Positions 27,063-35,598 of a DNA stretch of 64,000 bases are shown piece by piece. Where the stretch lies: NCBI GenBank assembly GCA_016931175.1, contig JAFGFH010000014.1:4553-68552 (forward strand), in the 5' to 3' direction. A model generated the notes under the pieces. It searched no databases and had not been told where the DNA came from. It saw only the letters and a program-made list of their open reading frames with translations. Source of the DNA: Nanobdellota archaeon. GTDB lineage: Archaea; Nanobdellota; Nanobdellia; Tiddalikarchaeales; Tiddalikarchaeaceae. Both the position numbers and the translations under genes were made by a program. The first letter of the stretch is position 1. The number at the start of each line of letters is the position of its first letter.

Positions 27063-28286
27063 TTGGAACTGGATATAATGGTGCAAATGTCTGCTTTTGA
27101 TTTCTTTGAGGAATACTTGGACAAACCTTCATTGTTTAAGAACCCTGACGCGTTAACTCTAAAATTTAATCCTGATAATATACCTCACCGTGATAAAGAG
27201 ATTAATCTGATAGCTCAAATACTCGCCCCTGCTTTGAAACAGGTCAAACCATCTAATATATTCATTTACGGCAAACCAGGAACAGGCAAGACATTGGTTG
27301 TTAAGAATGTTTTAAAGAATATGGAGAAAATATCTGGTTCAAAAAATATTCCTCTTAAGCTTATTTACTTGAACTGCAAGATGCAGAACGTTGCTGATAC
27401 TGAGTATCGGGTTGTGGCCCAGATTTCAAGAGAGTTTGGCAAGGACGTTCCTATCACTGGGCTTCCAACCAATGAAGTATATAATGAGTTCTTTAGTGTG
27501 GTTGACGATACTAAACAAGTTGTGATTCTTGTTCTGGATGAGATAGATGTTTTGATTAATAAATGCGGGGATAACATACTTTACAATCTTACCAGGATTA
27601 ATGAGAACTTGAATAATGCTGTTCTTTCAATAATAGGAATCAGCAATGATGTTAATTTCAAGAATAATCTTGAACCAAGAGTTAAGAGCAGTCTTGGTGA
27701 GGAGGAAATAATCTTTAACCCTTATGATGCTTTGCAGCTTAAAGAGATACTTCATCAGAGGGCGGAGCTGGCATTTAATGAGTCTTCTTTTGATCCTCTT
27801 GTTATTGCCAAATGCGCGGCTTATGCAGCCCAGCAGCACGGTGATGCTAGGAGGGCAATTGCTCTTTTCAGGGTTGCAGGCGAATTGGCAGAGAGGGCTA
27901 ATAAAATATTATCTGAAGAGTTTGTTGACATGGCAGAGAAGCAGCTGGAGAAAGACACAGTTATGGAGCTTGTGAAGAATTTAACATTACAGTCAAAGCT
28001 TGTTTTTTACTCTATCATATCTTCTTTGAAGAACAGGGTTACTCCTGCCTTCACTGGTGAGATATTCGAGTTTTATAATCATATTTGCAACAGGAATGGT
28101 TTGGACGTTCTTACTCAGAGAAGGCTGAGCGATTTGATAGGAGAGTTGGACATGCTGGGATTGATTAATGCCAAGGTTATAAGCAAAGGAAGGTATGGCA
28201 GAACAAGAGAGATAAGCTTGGCTGTTGATGCGGATTATGTTAATAAGATAAGCATATGGTTAGAGGATGATTTAGAGCTTAAATAA
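27063..28286 (+). CDS. cdc6: Orc1/Cdc6 origin-binding AAA+ initiator
   Basis: Walker A GKPGTGKT, Walker B VLDEID, C-terminal winged helix. A TATA-like ATTTATAA at 27043-27050 suggests a leaderless start at the Met at 27078. Confidence 0.9.
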   Translation: MELDIMVQMSAFDFFEEYLDKPSLFKNPDALTLKFNPDNIPHRDKEINLIAQILAPALKQVKPSNIFIYGKPGTGKTLVVKNVLKNMEKISGSKNIPLKLIYLNCKMQNVADTEYRVVAQISREFGKDVPITGLPTNEVYNEFFSVVDDTKQVVILVLDEIDVLINKCGDNILYNLTRINENLNNAVLSIIGISNDVNFKNNLEPRVKSSLGEEEIIFNPYDALQLKEILHQRAELAFNESSFDPLVIAKCAAYAAQQHGDARRAIALFRVAGELAERANKILSEEFVDMAEKQLEKDTVMELVKNLTLQSKLVFYSIISSLKNRVTPAFTGEIFEFYNHICNRNGLDVLTQRRLSDLIGELDMLGLINAKVISKGRYGRTREISLAVDADYVNKISIWLEDDLELK

Positions 28287-28761
28287 TTCTTTTCTTTTTT
28301 CTAATAAACCACATTATTAATAATAAAGGTATTAACAACAGTATTATTTTGACTATATTGTTTGTTTCAGCTGCCAAGTTAGTGATTGAAACCTCACTGG
28401 TTTCTATTAAGCTTGAAGCAAGCAAACCTTCTTGTTTAGGCCGAAGGTATGATATTATGAAGTAGCCGTACATTATTGTTATTGCTGCTTTTACTTCCAA
28501 ATCTTTTGTAACTGATTTTAATAATTTTTTTAAATTCATAATCCAATTATTCTTGTAATCATCACTTAATTCGCACAAGGTTATTGTCTTCTTGTCTTTC
28601 TTTGTTTTTTTCACAATTATTAAATTGTCTTTTTTCATATCATTTATTATCTTATGAGTGTAAGAGTAATAATTCCCTGTCCTCTTAGCCAGTTCGCTTA
28701 TACTAACACCAGGAGTTTCTATTAATATTTTAGTGATTTCATCTTTTAATTTTAAATCCAT
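28279..28761 (-). CDS. Membrane-anchored winged-helix (HTH) protein
   Basis: N-terminus ILIETPGVSISELAKRTGNYYSYTHKIINDMKKDNLI is wHTH-like. Two C-terminal transmembrane helices. Confidence 0.45.
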   Translation of the reverse strand: MDLKLKDEITKILIETPGVSISELAKRTGNYYSYTHKIINDMKKDNLIIVKKTKKDKKTITLCELSDDYKNNWIMNLKKLLKSVTKDLEVKAAITIMYGYFIISYLRPKQEGLLASSLIETSEVSITNLAAETNNIVKIILLLIPLLLIMWFIRKKKRII

Positions 28762-28854
28762 GACTATTCATATTATTTTGTCTTATTATTAAATTTGTTG
28801 TATAAACAAAAGTATATATAATGTTTAAATACTAGCAGAACTTATTATTATTTT

Positions 28855-30411
28855 ATGAAAAAACAGTATTATTTTTTTATTATTTCATTGATTGTTTTGT
28901 CTTCTGGTTTTGCTGATTCTTCATCAGAGGCTATGACTTATTCAGTTCCAGGCTCTGAAGGTGTTGTTGTAGACTCGTACCAAATTAGGGATGATATTTC
29001 TTGTTCTGTTTCCCAGGACGTTATTGATGCCGTCCAGTCCTTTTTAGGTGATAATTTCAACCTTTCAAGTTACGCTTACAGTAATTACAGTGACAGTTAT
29101 TGTTATTTTTATAATGATTATGAAAATATTTATATTAATTTCATATTCAAAGAGAGCGAGAGTGATTACAAGGGTAAACAGGTTAGTTTCTCTTTTTCAA
29201 CATCCCAAGTTTATGATTTTAATTCAGTCTTCTCTGATTTAGAGAACAAAGTCTTAGGTTATACTTTAAAACAGAAATACGTTGATTATTTAATCAGCGG
29301 CGTTGATGAAGAGTACTATGTTACTATTTCTAATAATTATGATGTTAAGAATGGCTGTGAATTGTTGAGGAATTTTTATAATTCACTAACAGGGGAGAAG
29401 TATTTTGAGGAGGATGAGTATTACTGCAGTATTGTTGCAAAGGTGAAGACTTCAGAGTTGAAATCATTGGTTGATGACAAGGTGGGTTACGTTTACTATT
29501 ACACTGATGATTTAAGCTTCACGTTTTCAGGCTATTTTGAAGGAAGCTTTGATTTAGAACAATTATATAATATTCTTGATTGTGATTTGAGCAAGAATAA
29601 TTATTATTATCCCGAGTTTGATTCTGATTGTTATGGCATATATAAGGATAAGCCAAGGATTTATTTCTCAAAGAGTGAGAGTTTAGGTGATTACTGGGTT
29701 AACTTGTACGTTTATGGTATTATTGGTGGCAAAGCACAGTTTAACTTTAATGCTTACGGTGAAGATTTAAGCCTGGCGTCCGCTCAAGCATGGGTTAATA
29801 ATCTTTTAAGCTCTTATTTCCCTTCTTATTCTTTAAATTTAGAGCTTAAAGAAGAGTATTATTCCACATATATTAGTGGAGAGAGTTTAGTTGAAGATTT
29901 CACCTTTGACGCAAGTGTTTTAATTAGTTTAGATTCAAGGCAGGAGCAGATGAACACTTATTATGAAGGGGATAATTTATGGATTACTTTATCCGAACCT
30001 TATATTCAGATAAGGCCAAGTATTGTTCTTTACAAAACATCTTCTGAGATTATGCCTTACCCTTACTGGCAGCAAACAATGGTTATTACCAGTGATAAAG
30101 TTTTTTCTTCCATAACTGTTGATGATAATGATGAATCGCTCGCTGTTGAAGAATTGAATAGTTTCGTGTCTCCTTTTATTGCTCCTGGAGACTGGGTTCT
30201 TGATATGAGCGTGTCAGGTCATTATTATATAATGCCTCTTGCTGAAGCAGGAGGAGTTGATGAGGCAGCAATAATCCAATCCTCTGCAGTTTCAGAAACA
30301 GGAGTAAGGGATGCTTTTTCAACCAATTATGATGTTTTTAATGAATTAGAAGAGACTGAGCAGGAAAATAAGCAAAGCTTCTGGGATTGGGTTTTAAGCC
30401 TTTTTAAATAA
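28855..30411 (+). CDS. Secreted Tyr/Asp-rich protein with signal peptide
   Basis: MKKQYYFFIISLIVLSSGFA signal peptide. 518 aa, acidic and Tyr-rich. Confidence 0.55.
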   Translation: MKKQYYFFIISLIVLSSGFADSSSEAMTYSVPGSEGVVVDSYQIRDDISCSVSQDVIDAVQSFLGDNFNLSSYAYSNYSDSYCYFYNDYENIYINFIFKESESDYKGKQVSFSFSTSQVYDFNSVFSDLENKVLGYTLKQKYVDYLISGVDEEYYVTISNNYDVKNGCELLRNFYNSLTGEKYFEEDEYYCSIVAKVKTSELKSLVDDKVGYVYYYTDDLSFTFSGYFEGSFDLEQLYNILDCDLSKNNYYYPEFDSDCYGIYKDKPRIYFSKSESLGDYWVNLYVYGIIGGKAQFNFNAYGEDLSLASAQAWVNNLLSSYFPSYSLNLELKEEYYSTYISGESLVEDFTFDASVLISLDSRQEQMNTYYEGDNLWITLSEPYIQIRPSIVLYKTSSEIMPYPYWQQTMVITSDKVFSSITVDDNDESLAVEELNSFVSPFIAPGDWVLDMSVSGHYYIMPLAEAGGVDEAAIIQSSAVSETGVRDAFSTNYDVFNELEETEQENKQSFWDWVLSLFK

Positions 30412-30471
30412 AACATATATTACATTTACTTTAACAGTATTTATAAGTAACATAGCTTTTTCTATTAAATT

Positions 30472-31956
30472 ATGGGATTCATTGAGGAGTGTTCCAGTAA
30501 AGGTTTTCTCGTCAGCGAAGGAGTTGACTTTTCCAGAGTGAATTCTCAGGATTTTATTAAATACGTCTTAGATTTAAAAGAAAAACCTTTTGTTATAAAT
30601 CAAGAATTAATTGACGGCTTTAAAAATAATAATTCTTTTTTTGGCAAAAATTTGCCTGAAAATCATAGTGTTGAAGTGTCCTCTCCTGTTTTAAGAGATA
30701 AGGGTTTGTCAAGGGTTGAAGTTATTAAATCTTATAATTTAAATAATAAACTCAGGAGTATGAATGACTGGTTTGATTTTTATCTTAACAGGTTTAACAG
30801 GATGAAAAAATTATTAGAGAACAGGAACGGTTTGCGAAACGCCACCAGTATAGCATCGATTAGTAAGATGAGCGGCAAAAACGAAGTCTCAACTATTGGT
30901 TTAGTGAAGGATATTAGAAAGACTAATAATGGTAATTACATGATTGAGTTGGAAGACCCTACTGGTTTGATTAACATATTTGTTGGAACGAGCAAAACTG
31001 AGTTGATAAAACAATGTGAGGATTTAGTTTTGGATGAAGTTATTGGTGTAGTAGGTTCTACAGGCACTAATTTCTTGTACGTTTCAGAATTGGTTTTTCC
31101 AGAGGTTCCTGACAACCCTGTTAAATACGGGCCTGTTGATGAATATGCTTGCTTTATAGCAGATACTCATGTCGGCAGCACTGACTTTGAGCCTAAAATG
31201 TTTGAGAATTTCACTAATTGGTTGAGGGGAGGTTGCGGCACTAATGAGCAGAAAGAGACAGCTAAGAAGGTTAAGTACTTATTTATTATTGGTGACTTGG
31301 TTGATGGAGTGGGTGTTTATCCTTCCCAGTCTTCAGAATTAACTATTAAAGATATTTACAAGCAGTATGAAGTTTTCAGCGATTACTTGAAAGGTTTGCC
31401 TGAAGATATGCAATTAATATTTATTCCTGGAAACCATGATGCTTTAAGACAGAACGAACCCCAGCCCCCTTTATTCAGTGATATTGCGAAACCTGTTTTC
31501 GAACTTAGTAATGCTAAAAACTTGTCAAACCCGAGCGTTGTTAACATAGGCAAGTATTCCAATTTTAACGGTTTTAACGTATTCCTTTACCACGGCTACA
31601 GTTATACTTATTACGCGAATAATGTTCCTAATCTTTTGAATGTTGGAATGGACAGGCCTGAACAAGTTGGTGAATTCCTTCTTAGGAAGAGGCATTTAGC
31701 ACCAACACATTCCAGCAGTTTAATAACACCTGAAATGGTTGATCCTTTCATTATTGATGCTGTTCCTGACATTCTTGCCACAGGACACTTGCACAAACTG
31801 GGCTACAAGATGTACAGGGGTATTAACATCTTAGGAACCAGTTGTTTCCAGAAGATGACTAGTTACATGCAGAAATTAGGCCACCACCCAACGCCTGGTT
31901 TTGTTCCTTTAATAAACTTAAAGACGAGGAATGTTAAGATTATGAACTTCACATGA
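30472..31956 (+). CDS. polB: DNA polymerase II (PolD) small subunit DP1
   Basis: Calcineurin-like phosphoesterase motifs: ADTHVGS, IIGDLVDG, GNHD, TGHLHK. N-terminal OB region. 494 aa. Confidence 0.8.
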   Translation: MGFIEECSSKGFLVSEGVDFSRVNSQDFIKYVLDLKEKPFVINQELIDGFKNNNSFFGKNLPENHSVEVSSPVLRDKGLSRVEVIKSYNLNNKLRSMNDWFDFYLNRFNRMKKLLENRNGLRNATSIASISKMSGKNEVSTIGLVKDIRKTNNGNYMIELEDPTGLINIFVGTSKTELIKQCEDLVLDEVIGVVGSTGTNFLYVSELVFPEVPDNPVKYGPVDEYACFIADTHVGSTDFEPKMFENFTNWLRGGCGTNEQKETAKKVKYLFIIGDLVDGVGVYPSQSSELTIKDIYKQYEVFSDYLKGLPEDMQLIFIPGNHDALRQNEPQPPLFSDIAKPVFELSNAKNLSNPSVVNIGKYSNFNGFNVFLYHGYSYTYYANNVPNLLNVGMDRPEQVGEFLLRKRHLAPTHSSSLITPEMVDPFIIDAVPDILATGHLHKLGYKMYRGINILGTSCFQKMTSYMQKLGHHPTPGFVPLINLKTRNVKIMNFT

Positions 31957-32016
31957 TTTGTTACTACAAGATTGTAACAAAGCTTTTTTAATACAATATT
32001 AATAACTAATCTTGCT

Positions 32017-32574
32017 ATGAGTGAATTATATTCTGATTTTGTTCAAAGAGTAAAACTAACTATTGAATACTTTAACGAAGACGCTGACATTATTTCCTCT
32101 ATAGAGTCCAAGGCAAAAAAGAAGGTTTACTTATCTGTTATAGACCAATTAATTGAAGTGACTGAGAAGTATTGTCTTGATGAGGATGGGAGCAGATTAA
32201 GCGTTTCAGAACTCTTGGAGAAGAGCGAGGAGGAACTGGTTAAAATAATAAAAGAAAACATTGAAACTGAACCTGCCAAATCTAATAATTTAATCTTTGA
32301 GGTTATTATGAAAGGACTTGAAAATAAGCTGGCATCAGACAATGATTTGGTGAAGATAAGGGAGGCAAGAAAGGCCATTTCAGAACTATATGATGATTTC
32401 AGCAGTTACTTTATTGATGGAGGAGAAAACCTTCTTAAGGAAGAGGTTGAGAACAGTTCCGCATTTTCGCTTATTAAAAAGACTAAGGAGAAGACGGAGT
32501 TGTTAAGAAAAGTCTATGACGCTTTTGAGAATGTGAGGAAGAAAGTTGACAACTGGTTTTATGTCCACAGCTAG
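32017..32574 (+). CDS. Hypothetical acidic helical protein
   Basis: 185 aa, charged, predicted coiled coil. Confidence 0.45.
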   Translation: MSELYSDFVQRVKLTIEYFNEDADIISSIESKAKKKVYLSVIDQLIEVTEKYCLDEDGSRLSVSELLEKSEEELVKIIKENIETEPAKSNNLIFEVIMKGLENKLASDNDLVKIREARKAISELYDDFSSYFIDGGENLLKEEVENSSAFSLIKKTKEKTELLRKVYDAFENVRKKVDNWFYVHS

Positions 32575-32607
32575 ATTTAAAACCCACTAATTGTTCTGAT
32601 ATGATTA

Positions 32608-33714
32608 ATGAAATTTTTTAATATTGACAGTTTGAGGAAGAACTTAAGCGAGCTGCACATCCACCTAACTATTGAAAACATCGCCCTTAGTCTGATAAGC
32701 GTTTTTATTCCAATATTCATGCTCACAATTGGTTTCTCATTGAATGATATATATTTTTATTACCTGGTATATTCTTTTTCAACTCTTCTCTCTTCTCTCT
32801 TCTCTTTCGTTTTTTCAAGGATTGGTTTTAAAAAAATTATTATGTTAAGACCTGTTAGTGTGATAACTTTTTTATTATGGCTTTATTCTCTTGAATTTTT
32901 TCCCAGCTCCTATTTTTTTTTAGCTGTTTATAACGGTTTTTTTTCAGGAATATACTGGGTTATTTTTCACTTCTTTTTTGCTAAGAAAGCTGACGGTGAC
33001 GACGTTGAAGGTCAGGTGGGGTTGTTGTTTGCAATGCCGAAACTTTTTACCATGATCTCTCCAATGATAGGAGCTCTAATAATATCCTTTTTTTCTTTTA
33101 ATGTTCTTTTCTTATTGGTTGCTTTTTTATTATTAGTAAGCATTCTCCCTCTTATTCATTTAAAAGAGCAGAGGTTTAGTTTTAAATTCGAAGTCTCGAA
33201 TTTGCTGGACTGGTCTTTTGTTAAATACGCGCTTGGTTTTATTAACGAGAGCATTCATTATTATGCTGTTGTTTTCCTTCTTCCTTTATACATTTATTTT
33301 ACATTAAGCTCTACTTTAGAGATTGGTTTTTTCTCAACAGTTGTAGGAGTGAGCGGTTTTTTAACGCCCCTTATTATTTCCTCCTTGTGCAGGGGAAGGA
33401 CTAATTTATTTATTAAATTAGGGGCAATGCTTAATGCTGTTTTTTTCTTTTTCGTTTTTTTCTTAAAAACACCGTTGGAGTTTTTCTTATTCGGTTTTAT
33501 TATAGGAACTTTCACTTCTTTTTGGGAAATTCCTTTCTATTCCAGGATGTACAAGCATGCTAGGAACTCTAACACTTTAGAGTTCTTTATTTTCAGGAAA
33601 GTAATCCATGGCATAACAGAGTCTGCAATATTCGTACTGCTTCTTCTAACGTCAAACTTTTCTATTATTTTCTTGTCAGAGATAACCAGCAAGATTCTTT
33701 TCGTGTTTTTTTAA
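32608..33714 (+). CDS. Polytopic membrane protein (about 10 TM, Phe-rich)
   Basis: 368 aa, almost entirely hydrophobic helices. Contains a CT dinucleotide microsatellite at 32790-32815. Confidence 0.5.
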   Translation: MKFFNIDSLRKNLSELHIHLTIENIALSLISVFIPIFMLTIGFSLNDIYFYYLVYSFSTLLSSLFSFVFSRIGFKKIIMLRPVSVITFLLWLYSLEFFPSSYFFLAVYNGFFSGIYWVIFHFFFAKKADGDDVEGQVGLLFAMPKLFTMISPMIGALIISFFSFNVLFLLVAFLLLVSILPLIHLKEQRFSFKFEVSNLLDWSFVKYALGFINESIHYYAVVFLLPLYIYFTLSSTLEIGFFSTVVGVSGFLTPLIISSLCRGRTNLFIKLGAMLNAVFFFFVFFLKTPLEFFLFGFIIGTFTSFWEIPFYSRMYKHARNSNTLEFFIFRKVIHGITESAIFVLLLLTSNFSIIFLSEITSKILFVFF

Positions 33715-33755
33715 GGCAAAATCTTTTATATTGCCAGATTTTTTAAAAATTCAGC

Positions 33756-34223
33756 ATGAACTGTCCCCTCTGCCACTTGATTAAAAGGGTTTCTGAGTGG
33801 AATGTTAAAAATAAAAAGTGGAGCAAGAAGATAGGCCCTCTTGTTGTTAGAGGAGAGCAGTATTTTACCTCACCTAAACATGATAAGGGTTACAAGGACA
33901 TTGTCAGATATTTTGACGGCGAGTTCTTGTTCGTTAACTCTGTAAGGATTGAGAGCAGTTCGAGGGATGTTGTTATATGTATGCCTGTCAAGCATGTTAA
34001 CAAGTTCGATTTGAGGAAGAAGGAAAACTCTGAGTTGTTAAGAAAGCTGGATGAGAAGATTCTTAGTTTTATTAAGAAAGAGTACAAGAGTGTTGGTGGG
34101 AATGTGAGAGTCTTTGAGAACTTCGGCAGCCTTGCTAGCATTCCAGAGCACGCGCATAAGCAGATTGTTTATACTAAGAGCAAGGGTTTGCATCTCACAT
34201 TTATACCTATTAAGTATAATTGA
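33756..34223 (+). CDS. HIT-family-like protein with degenerate histidine triad
   Basis: N-terminus MNCPLCHLIKR resembles HIT (CIFCKII). The VVICMPVKHV segment is like the HIT core. Triad region is EHAHKQIV rather than HxHxHxx. Confidence 0.45.
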   Translation: MNCPLCHLIKRVSEWNVKNKKWSKKIGPLVVRGEQYFTSPKHDKGYKDIVRYFDGEFLFVNSVRIESSSRDVVICMPVKHVNKFDLRKKENSELLRKLDEKILSFIKKEYKSVGGNVRVFENFGSLASIPEHAHKQIVYTKSKGLHLTFIPIKYN

Positions 34224-34989
34224 TTTCTACAAGATTGCTGATTAGGTTGTTCAAATCGTAATAGTAATATTTTTCATTATTTTCGTATACGATTATTTTT
34301 CCTTTAACGCAGACTATTCTCCCGTTCAAGTTTGTTGAAATTGTTGGTTCAGAAGGTATTGAGTCCAGTCCTTCATAGTATCTTCTCACGTTAATTATAG
34401 GCACGTCTAATTTTTTTTCTTTCAAAAATTCTTCAAAATAACTGAGATCGTCTTTCATGAAATTCTGCACCTTTTCCTTATTGCTTATTCTGTCGCTTAT
34501 CTCTTTTGCTAACAAGTGTTCTTTTCTCCTAATGTCCAAGCCGTTGCCTGATGAGATTATGCAGGAGTAGTCGCTTCCCTGTTCTACCCACCTCTTCAAG
34601 TACCTGCCTGCCTTGGTTACTCCAACCTTAATCTTTTCACCTATTATTGTCAAATACATGAAGTGAGTCTTGTTCAAGCAGTTTTTCATGATTTCAGCGC
34701 TGGCATTGCATTGCTGGCCAGTGCATTTTGCGCAAGTGTTGAAATCATCCATTTTCCTGCACTTATTGCATTGTTTGCCGTAGCTTATTTCTTCATTAGA
34801 AGGGCAGGCGTGAAACTCGCCGTTTTTATAATAACCTGTGCATTTCTTCCCGAAATCCTTTAACACTTGAATAGTCTTATTCCTGTTAAGGGGTAAATAA
34901 TGCTCTGTATTGTCTTCTTTAACGATTTTAAGAAAAGGAGTGGCTTTCTTGTCCAATTTGTAAAAAAAACCAGTAATATGAACCTTCAT
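34210..34989 (-). CDS. Cys-rich hypothetical protein (putative zinc-binding)
   Basis: CPSNEEISYGKQCNKCRKMDDFNTCAKCTGQQC cluster. 259 aa. Confidence 0.5.
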   Translation of the reverse strand: MKVHITGFFYKLDKKATPFLKIVKEDNTEHYLPLNRNKTIQVLKDFGKKCTGYYKNGEFHACPSNEEISYGKQCNKCRKMDDFNTCAKCTGQQCNASAEIMKNCLNKTHFMYLTIIGEKIKVGVTKAGRYLKRWVEQGSDYSCIISSGNGLDIRRKEHLLAKEISDRISNKEKVQNFMKDDLSYFEEFLKEKKLDVPIINVRRYYEGLDSIPSEPTISTNLNGRIVCVKGKIIVYENNEKYYYYDLNNLISNLVEINYT

Positions 34990-35078
34990 TAATCAACCAA
35001 ATTGTTTAAAGATAAAGGATTTTTCGGTTATTATTCCGATAATAATATTTTTAAAGATATTTTTCTCTTATTAAACTC

Positions 35079-35561
35079 ATGGGATTGGTTGAAAAGCTTA
35101 GAGTTAAAGAGATAGTTAAACACTTTAATTTCAATAGTTTAGACGATTTTGTTTTGAGGATGAATGAGGTCTTGGGTCACAAGCGCCAGGAGGTTCCAGG
35201 TGAAATTGTGGCAGATGATAATACTAATCCTAAGCAGGTTGTTAATGACGTTTATAAAAGAATTAAATCAGGAGAGTATAAGAGGCTTATTGGCTGGTGC
35301 GCTCACTTTGCTAATTTAACAAAGAAAATAGCTGAATATTTTGGCGAGAAAGGCAGTGTTGAGCATTATAATGTATTATATTTGAATCCTGAGAAGCCAA
35401 CTCATCACTATGTCTTTGAAAAGAGTGATGGTATAGTAATGGATGGTTCTATCTATAATAGTTATGCTTCTAATTATACTCTGGATATGATTAATATTGA
35501 TAGGGTGGCTATAAGGGAGCGTGTGGATAGAACAAGCCAAGATGATAGATTCGTATTTTAA
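35079..35561 (+). CDS. Transglutaminase-like (papain-fold) putative cysteine protease
   Basis: GWCAHFA (G-x-C-x-x-FA) followed by HHYV and DG residues, consistent with a Cys-His-Asp triad order. Confidence 0.45.
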   Translation: MGLVEKLRVKEIVKHFNFNSLDDFVLRMNEVLGHKRQEVPGEIVADDNTNPKQVVNDVYKRIKSGEYKRLIGWCAHFANLTKKIAEYFGEKGSVEHYNVLYLNPEKPTHHYVFEKSDGIVMDGSIYNSYASNYTLDMINIDRVAIRERVDRTSQDDRFVF

Positions 35562-35598
35562 ATCGATTGTATTTGATTACAATAATAGTTTTTAAACT

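Noticed and set aside
32780-32820. CT dinucleotide microsatellite (ctcttctctcttctctcttctcttt)
   Set aside because: It lies inside a membrane-protein ORF, where it encodes a Ser/Leu/Phe stretch. Not judged significant beyond a possible slippage site.
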